A DNA stretch of 64,000 nucleotides from an uncultured Actinomycetota bacterium (lineage in GTDB: Bacteria > Actinomycetota > Thermoleophilia > RBG-16-64-13). The notes beneath the pieces are model-generated. The model was not told where the DNA came from. It saw only the letters and a list, made by a program, of their open reading frames with translations, and made no database searches. Location of the stretch: assembly GCA_963736705.1 (NCBI GenBank), contig CAVTPV010000005.1, positions 1,632,353 to 1,696,352 on the forward strand. Reading direction: 5' to 3'. Shown piece after piece: positions 56,642 through 64,000 of the stretch (the stretch's first letter is position 1; every line of letters starts with the position of its first letter). The position numbers and the translations under genes are program-made.

Positions 56642-58465
56642 TCACATGCTCTCCGGGGCGCTCACTCCCAGCAGGTCCAAGCAGCGGAAGATCACCGTCT
56701 TGGTGACCATGCACAGCGCCAGCCGCGATGAGCCCAGGGCCGGCGACACGCCGATGACCCGGCAGTGCTTGTAGAAGACGTGGAAGTCGGCGGCCAACTC
56801 CTGCGCGTACGCGGCGATGCGGTGCGGCGCGCGCCGTTCGGCGGAGTCCTGCACGGTCCAGGCGAAGGATTCGAGGCGCTTGAGCAGCGCCCGCTCGTAC
56901 GGCGAGGCGAACACCTCAGGGTCGTCCATGATGGCGGGCTTGATCTCTTCCGGCACGTTTCTGCAGGATGCTGGCGATGCGCGCGTGCGCGTACTGCACG
57001 TAGTAGACCGGGTTCTCCGCGGACTGCTGCTGCGCGAGACCCAGATCGAGGTCGAGGGTCTGATCGTGGGAGCGCATCACCAGGAAGAAGCGGGCGGCAT
57101 CCACGCCGATGGCCTCCACCAGTTCGCCCAGGGTCACCATCTCGCCGCGCCGGGTGGACATCTGCCTGAGTTCGCCCTGTTCCAGCAGGTTGACCAGCTG
57201 CCCGATGATGACCTCGAGGGTGCCCGGCCTGCCGGACAGGATCTCCAGAGCGGCGCTTCATGCGCGGCACGTAGCCGTGGTGGTCGGCGCCCCAGATGTT
57301 GATGAGGTGCTCGAAGCCCCGCTCCAGCTTGTTCTCGTGATAGGCGATGTCCGCGGCGAAGTAGGTGGGCCGGCCGTTGCCCCGGATGAGCACCCGGTCC
57401 TTGTCGTCGCCCCGGGAGGTGGTCCGCAGCCAGACGGCTCCGCCCTCTTCGAAGGCCTCGCCCTTGGCCAGCAGGTCCTCGACGACCCGCTCGAGCGCCC
57501 CGCCCACGTGGAGCGTGGTCTCGCTGAACCAGGTGTCGAACACCACGCCGAAGGACGCGAGCTCCGCGCGCATCTCGTCGAGCATGAGGACGCAGGCCTG
57601 CCTGCGGAAGAAGGTGACCGCTTCCTCCACCGCCGGATCGGCCGGCCAATCGGAGGGCGCCGCGTCCTCGTCCTGGTCTTCGGCGTCGTTGGGGTCTTCC
57701 GCGTCGTTCTGGCCTTCGGCCTCGGCCGAAGCCGCCGGCGGCCGCCGCCTGCCCGGCGGGCGAAGCCCCGGGCCCAGCTGCGGCCGCGCTCGCCACCAGG
57801 GTCAGGGCCGGCAGGTAGGCATCGCCCACTTCCGCCCGGATGGTCGCCGCCACGTCCTTGACGTACTCGCCCTGGTAGCCATCGTCCGGCACCGGCAGGT
57901 CGACGTCGAATGACTGCGCGTAGCGGGCGGCCACGCTGCGGCCGAACCGGTCCATCTGCCGGCCGTAGTCGTTGATGTAGAACTCGGTGGAGACCTTGGC
58001 GCCGGCGAACGCCATCAGGCGGTGGAGAGCGTCGCCGTACGCCGCGTAGCGGCCGTGGCCCACGTGCAGAGGCCCGTTGGGGTTGACGCTCACGAACTCC
58101 AGGTTGACCCAGGGATGTTCGCGCAGCTCGCCCCGGCCGATCTCTTCCCCCTCCGCCAGCAGGCCGGCCATGGCCTCGGAGTAGGCGGCCCCGCTCAGAG
58201 TGAAGTTGAGGAAGCCCGGCCCCGCCACGTCGATGCGCTCCACCGAGCGGGCGACGTCCGGGTCGGCCAGAAGGCGGGTGCGCAGCTCCTCGGCCAGCAT
58301 CTTGGGGGCCTTCTTGGCCGTGCGGGCCAGCTGCATGCAGAGCGGCGTGGCGTAGTCGCCGTGGGCGTCCTCAGCCGGGCGCTCCAGCCGCACGGACGGC
58401 CTGTCCGCCCAGCCTTGCTCCTCAGCCCAGCCGTCCACCACTCTCTGCACGAGTTCGGTTATCAC
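56642..58465 (-). CDS. argS: Arginine--tRNA ligase (frameshifted; acidic insertion)
   Basis: HGDYAT, AGPGFLN, EFVSVNPNGPLHVGH, WGADHHGY, NPVYYVQYAHAR, SAPESM. Confidence 0.96.
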
Positions 58466-58491
58466 TGTCTCTGATCCTCTCCGGTTACTTG

Positions 58492-59519
58492 CTAGCTCTG
58501 CGTGCTGGGGCGAGCCATGATCAGCTCCTCCAGCTTGACTATCTGGTCGGGGGTGCCGATGGCGATGATCCTATCCCCGGCCATGAGATGCGACTCCGGT
58601 GCGGGGTTGGTCTCGAACTCGCCGGTGCTCCGCGCGCCGCAGGGCGAGGATGGTCGCCCCGGTGTTCCTCCGTATCTCCATGTCGCCGATCGAGCGGCCG
58701 ATGACGCAGCACTCGCCCCTCAGCTCCAACTCCTCCACCCGGAACTCCAGCTCGCCACCGCCGGTGACGACGTCCAGGTAGTCACTCACCAGCGGCTTGA
58801 GCATGAGCGTGGCCATGCGCTTGCCGCCCAGCCCGTAGGGCGTCACGACGTTGTCCGCGCCGGCCCGCACCAGCTTGCTGACGGTATCGTCCGAGCCGGA
58901 CCTGGCCACGATGAGCAGCTTCGGGTTGAGCACCCGGGCCGACAGCGTGAGGAAGATGTTGCTCGCGTCGGATCCCAGGGCGGCCACCAGGCCCTTGGCC
59001 CGGGCGATCCCCGCCGCTTCCAGGACCTCGTCCGCCGTGGCGTCGCCCTGCAACGGCCAGGGAACCCGTCGGCCTCGGCCCGAGCGACGCCGCCCTCGAT
59101 CGTTGTCCACGACCACGAACGGCGCGCCGTGATCCGCGAAGTGACGCGCGACCGCCTCTCCCACCCGTCCGTATCCGCACACGATGAAGTGCGAATCCAG
59201 TTTGTCCACGTGCCGTCTCACCGCCCTTCTCCGAAACACGCCCGAGAGTTGCCCGTCGATGACGAACTCCACCATGCGCCCGATGCCGTACAGGATGGTG
59301 CCCACACCCACCGACGATGAGCACCAGCGTGAAGATCACCCCGCCGCGCGAAAGCGGATGGACCTCGCCGAAACCGACCGTGAAGATGGTGGTCACGGTC
59401 ATGTAGAGGGAGTCTAGCAGGCCCCAGCCCTCTATCAGGGTGAAGCCCACCGTGCCCAGGATGATGATGGCGAGGATCGCCGCGATGACGACGAGCCCGG
59501 TCTTCAACTCCCCACGCAT
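58492..59519 (-). CDS. Two-TM potassium channel with TrkA-N/TrkA-C domains (frameshifted)
   Basis: TIFTVGFGE filter, CGYGRVG, GDAT, AGAD. Confidence 0.88.
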
Positions 59520-59562
59520 ACCGCCTCACAACCGGCCGCCCTTGCGCGGCGGCCTATCCAGA

Positions 59563-60025
59563 CTAGTGGTGGTACGGCTCTCCGCGCTCGATGCGGATCG
59601 CCCGGTACAACTGCTCCAGAACGATACACCGTGCCATCTGATGTGGGAACGTCACTCGCGAAAGTGACCAGCGATGATCGGCGGCGGCCAGCACCTTGGG
59701 GTCCAGCCCGGACGCGCCGCCCAGCACGAACTGGAAGTGGCTCTGCCCATAGAGCTTCTTGTCCGCCAGGAAGGCGCTCAGCTCCTCGGACGAGTGCTGC
59801 TGTCCCCGGGCGTCGAGCGCGATGGTGTAGGCGCCCTTGCGCAGCAGGCCCAGCGATGGCGGCCCCTTCTTTGCCCCGGGCGTTCTCCTCGCCCACGGAC
59901 AGAGGCGTCTCGGCGACTTCCAGCACCTCGACGTCGGCGTACGGACGCAGCAGGTCTTCGTAGTGGCGCCAGACAGCCTGGTACTCCTTGGAGAGCCGGC
60001 CGATGCAGATGAAGGTGAGTCTCAT
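59563..60025 (-). CDS. rlmH: 23S rRNA pseudouridine-1915 N3-methyltransferase (frameshifted)
   Basis: ICIGRL, FVLGG, TFPHQMAR, EQLYRA, EPYHH. Confidence 0.9.
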
Positions 60026-60045
60026 CGGCCTCCTCGTCCCAGCGT

Positions 60046-60748
60046 CTAGATGAAGGCCAAGTCGTCCGGCCCCGGATCCTCTTCCTCCACCTCGCGCTTC
60101 TTCCTGCGCTCGGCGAAGGCCGGGTCCTTGAGGACGCTGGGCATGTTGCGCCACAGACAGATATCGGGCTTGAGATAGCGGGACTTGATGCTGGGCGAGC
60201 ACTCGATGGTGCAGCTCGCGCAGAGCTCGTCCTCTACGAAGAGCTTCTCGCGGCGGGGCCTCTCCCCTTCGTCCACCCGGCGGTAGGCGTCCAGCAGAAG
60301 GTTCTCCACCGAGACGGTCGGGACCGCCCGGAAGCGGATCTCCTTCTCCGGGATGATGAAGCGGAAGGTGCCGCTGTTCCAGTACATGAGCTGCATGACC
60401 TGGTCGGAGACGTGCCGGTCGACCACCGCTTCCAGGACGGCCTTGTCGGCATGGGCGGCCTTCAGCAGATAGGCCAGCAGCGGCTGCCCCTCGTCGTCGC
60501 CGTTGGACCACCGCATCCAGCACTCTTTGACCTCGGTCTCGGTCAGAGCGCCGGCGGCCACCAGGCGGGAGCCGAACTCCTCGTCGCCCTGCACCAGGCT
60601 GACCGCCTCGATGCGGCCCGAGCCCAGGTAGACGGCTCCCTTGCTCCTCGAAGTCCTGGATCTCGAGCACGCCGCTCCGGCGCTGCACCGCGAGGAACTG
60701 CAGCACGCTGAAGAGCGGAAACTCGCCTATGTCACCCCAGAGGATCAT
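60046..60748 (-). CDS. DUF4388 (PatA-N-like) domain protein with a C-terminal Cys cluster (frameshift near 60640)
   Basis: GDIGEFPLFSVLQFL...SGVLEI; FGSRLV; LMYWNSGTFRF; VENLLLDAYRRVDE. Confidence 0.8.
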
Positions 60749-60847
60749 GGTCCCCCCGATTCTAGCGCACGTCACCTGTTTCACCTATCGGCAGTCGCGA
60801 CCGGCAAGAAGAGCCGTTCGCGAGCGATACCGCCAAAGACAATCGAA

Positions 60848-60865
60848 TCGTGAATGATTTCACAA
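60848..60865. promoter_or_regulatory. Palindromic operator (Rex-like; also fits CRP/GlxR)
   Basis: TCGTGAA-TGAT-TTCACAA, one mismatch to TTGTGAA-N4-TTCACAA; TTGACA at 60890. Confidence 0.6.
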
Positions 60866-60994
60866 GTTCTGGCGGCGTGTGGCCCGCTCTTGACACAGAC
60901 CTTCGTGAACACCCAAAATACGCAGGGGCGTTTCTACACAGGAACGTAAAAAAGCGGTGGCCGTGGGGACCACCACATATGTGAGGGGGTGCGA

Positions 60995-61279
60995 ATGCTG
61001 CACGAGCCAGCGCCAGAAATCCATGGTGTCGACGAAGCAGCCGCGTACAAACGACGTCTTGGCCTGCAGATGCTGGCCGCCTACGGCGCGCTGTATGTCA
61101 TCTTCATCGTCATCAACGTCGTGTGGCCGAAGGTCATGGGAACCATCGTCGTGGGAGGGCTCAACCTCGCCATCGTCTACGGCTTCGCTCTGATCGTCAT
61201 AGCCTTGATCCTAGCGCTCGTCTACAACTGGCTATGCACGAGGCACGAGAAGTCGTTCGAGACCGAGGGGAAGGTCTGA
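60995..61279 (+). CDS. DUF485 family small membrane protein
   Basis: Two TM helices, GLNLAIVYGF; directly upstream of the symporter. Confidence 0.85.
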   Translation: MLHEPAPEIHGVDEAAAYKRRLGLQMLAAYGALYVIFIVINVVWPKVMGTIVVGGLNLAIVYGFALIVIALILALVYNWLCTRHEKSFETEGKV

Positions 61280-61280
61280 C

Positions 61281-63264
61281 ATGGGAGGCAGATCGACTCT
61301 CGCCATCATCATCTTCCTGGTGATCGTCGGACTCGTACTCTTCGTGTCGTTCTGGACCGCGCGGCGCTCCCGCTCGGCCAGCGGCTACTACGCGGCTGGC
61401 GGCCGCATCCACTGGGGTATCAACGGCATCGCGTTCGCCGGCGACTATCTTTCGGCTGCGTCCTTCCTCGGCATCTGCGGAATGATCGCGGTCTCCGGCT
61501 ACGACGGGTTCCTCTACTCCATCGGCTACCTGGCCGGCTGGGTGGTGGCTTTGTTCGTGGTCGCCGAGCCCATGCGCCGGCTCGGCCGCTACACGTTCAC
61601 CGACGCGATCGACTCCAAGTTCAACAAGCGCGGCCTCAAGCTCATGGCGGCCATCGCAACGCTCATCGTCTCCATCTTCTATCTGATCCCGCAGATGGTG
61701 GGCGCCGGCGTTCTCATCCAGCCGCTGCTCGGCCTCCCCTACTGGGTGGGCGTCGTGCTCGTGGGCGCCATCGTCATCACGATCGTCGCCACCGCCGGGA
61801 TGACCTCCACCACGTATGTCCAGTTCATCAAGGGCTCCCTGCTCATCGTCTTCGCCCTGGTGATCGTGGTCGCGCTTCTCGTCCGCGGCTTCTCCACCGC
61901 TCCCGACCAGGGGGGCAGGGTCGAGTTCTACGACTACAAGACCATCACGGCCACGCAGTCGGGGGACACCATCACCCCGAGCGACACCGCTTACAAGAAC
62001 GTCGCCCAGCATGACGTGAAGGTCAAAGACAAGGTCACCACCTTCGTCAAGCTCGAGAGCGCCGGCCTCGCCACGTGGTGGAAAGCCACCAAGACCGACA
62101 CCGAGATCGTCCTGCACGAGACGCAGGAGATCGTCGTCAAAGCGGACGGGACCAAGTACATCAACGGCGCGGCCGCATCCAGCACCAACAAGCTGCGAGA
62201 AGTCGGCACGATGTCCAAGATCGAGGGTCAGACCGACGTCAAGACGGGCTCACTGAACCCGTTCTCGTTCCTGGCCAAGCTCGGTTCTAAGGACACCGTG
62301 GTGGATCTGTGGAAGAACGCCACGTGGACCCAGGACGGCGAGAAGGTCACCGTCTACTACGAGGCTCCCACCGCGGGTGACACGATCACCAAGCCGGGTC
62401 TGAGTCTTCAAGCTCGAGGGTTCGTGGCTCGATAGGGTCGACTTCGTGTCGCTCATGATCGCGCTCTTCCTGGGGACCGCTGCTCTGCCCCACATCCTCA
62501 TCCGGTACTACACGGTGCCCAGCCAGAGGGCCGCGAGGAAATCGACGGTCGTGGCCATCGCCGCCATCGGCGCCTTCTACATCCTCACGCTCTTCCTGGG
62601 CCTCGGCGCCATGACCAACGGCACCATCAACCTGCTCGACAACAACATGTCGGCGCCGTTGCTGGCCCAGTCGTTCGGCACGTTCCTCTTCGCCATGATC
62701 TCCGCCATCGCCTTCGCCACGGTGCTCGGCACGGTGAGCGGCCTCATCATCGCGGCGTCGGGTGCTGTCGCGCACGACCTGCTCGACCGCTTCGGCGGCC
62801 TCATCAAGTCCGAGCGCATGAAGGTCCAGGCCGGCAGGATCGCCGCCTTCGTCGTCGGCGCCATCGCCATCCTGCTCGGGCTGGCGTTCCAGGGCATCAA
62901 CGTGTCGTTCCTGGTCGGCCTCGCCTTCGCGGTGGCGGCCTCGGCCAACCTGCCCTGCATCATCATGATGCTGTTCTGGAAGCGCACGACCTCCAAAGGC
63001 ATGATCGCGTCGATCATCGTCGGCATCGTCGCTTCGGTGGGCATCATCCTGTTCTCCCCCACCGCTTGGGAACTCTATGGGCTCGTCCCCGCGGATGCTC
63101 CCATCCAAATGAAGAACCCGGGCATCATCTCGATCCCGCTCAGCTTCATCACCATCTACCTGGTGTCGAAGCTCACCAAGCAGGACCAGATGGCTGAGAA
63201 GCAGGCCACTCCGAAGACACCGGCTGCAGTGGAAGCAGCCGCGGCTCGGACCAGCGAAAGCTAG
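61281..63264 (+). CDS. actP: Cation/acetate symporter (SSS family), frameshift near 62405
   Basis: NGIAFAGDYLSAASFLG, YLIPQMVGAG, TTYVQ, GTAALPHILIRYYTV, AFAVAASANLP. Confidence 0.9.
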
Positions 63265-63287
63265 CTGACCGCCTCGTAGCGGCAAAC

Positions 63288-63333
63288 AAAAAGGCCGCCG
63301 GACGCGATATGCGTCCGGCGGCCTTTGTCTTTC
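63288..63333. terminator. Bidirectional intrinsic terminator
   Basis: AAAGGCCGCCGGACGC-GATAT-GCGTCCGGCGGCCTTT flanked by A-rich and T-rich tracts. Confidence 0.88.
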
Positions 63334-63346
63334 TCGGGACTCTCTC

Positions 63347-64000
63347 CTAGAAAGCGTCCTTCGCCCGGAAGGGGTAGCCGGTGTAGCCGGCGGTCGCGTG
63401 ATAGACGGCCCGGTCGAAGAACCGGCCCAGTTCACGGTTGAGGTCCACGGCCTTCTGCAGGTCCATGGCCGATTCCCACACCCCGTGGGTACGGGCGGTC
63501 GTCCAGATCTCGCGCTTGAGCAGCAGGACGGCGCTGATGAGTTCGGGCAACGGCAGCCCCTGGGCTGCGCGCGTGGCGCCCAGCTTGTGGAAGAACGCGG
63601 CGATGTCGCCCTCGGCCGGCCGGCCGCTGAAGTGCTCGTCCACCTGGGCCAGAGCGAACTCGCTGGCGGTGACCAGTTCTTCGTCGCTGACGACGCCGTA
63701 GGACGGGGTCTGGGAGCTCTCACGAAGAGCGGAGAGCCACATGCCGGCGATCTCGTTCCCAAAGTCTTGGACGAACCCTTTGGGGAGCTGGCTCACGGAA
63801 CCGATGGGCAGCAGCACGCGCTTGTAGGTCTCGTTGAGGATCTGGGCCATTGCCGCGTAGAGAGCCGACAGACCGGTGAGGATCCCCTCCCAGCCGGCGA
63901 TCTTGCCGACCACCGCGCCGCCGCCGAAATCACGGGCGGCGAGCAGGAAGAACAGGATGGTGAGAAGCCCGAAGACCGTCTGCAGGGCCCTGTTCAGCTT
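63347..64000 (-). CDS. satP: SatP/GPR1-FUN34-YaaH acetate channel fused to a C-terminal RsbRD_N-like helical domain (5' end outside the window)
   Basis: LNRALQTVFGLLTILFFLLA...AGWEGILTGLSALY...LNETYKRVLLPIG, then about 145 aa soluble domain (LGATRAAQGLPLPELISAVLLLKREIW...FFDRAVY). Confidence 0.82.
   Translation of the reverse strand, partial: KLNRALQTVFGLLTILFFLLAARDFGGGAVVGKIAGWEGILTGLSALYAAMAQILNETYKRVLLPIGSVSQLPKGFVQDFGNEIAGMWLSALRESSQTPSYGVVSDEELVTASEFALAQVDEHFSGRPAEGDIAAFFHKLGATRAAQGLPLPELISAVLLLKREIWTTARTHGVWESAMDLQKAVDLNRELGRFFDRAVYHATAGYTGYPFRAKDAF

Overview
A 64 kb, high-GC (roughly 65-70% by eye) bacterial chromosome segment. Gene order (argS...lysA-hom...rho, CIRCE-groESL, tsaE-tsaB-rimI-tsaD) and apparent leaderless genes suggest a deep-branching, probably anaerobic actinomycete, possibly Thermoleophilia-like; this is inference. 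Most long genes, including essential ones (argS, guaA, rho, uvrA, lysA), are broken by single-base indels. I read these as sequencing or assembly errors, so such genes are given as merged spans with approximate ends. The content is mostly housekeeping, with two tRNAs (Ala-GGC, Gly-CCC) and a small lower-GC islet at about 7.2-9.1 kb. No CRISPR array, rRNA, integrase or transposase was seen. Most notable items: (1) an archaeal-type cyclic 2,3-diphosphoglycerate (cDPG) module (cpgS plus 2-phosphoglycerate kinase), tightly coupled to a CpdA-like metallophosphoesterase that is a candidate cDPG hydrolase and followed by a GlpX that has lost its catalytic metal ligands; (2) an unannotated ~155 nt rod-shaped RNA with its own promoter and U-tract (6S/Ms1-like candidate); (3) a SatP acetate channel fused in frame to an RsbRD_N-like helical domain, facing an actP operon with a Rex/CRP-type operator; (4) a nuclease-fold protein coupled to an atypical Hpt; (5) an HflX-HTH fusion; (6) a 22 bp direct repeat bracketing a mini-gene; (7) five 10 bp phased repeats upstream of the HU gene.
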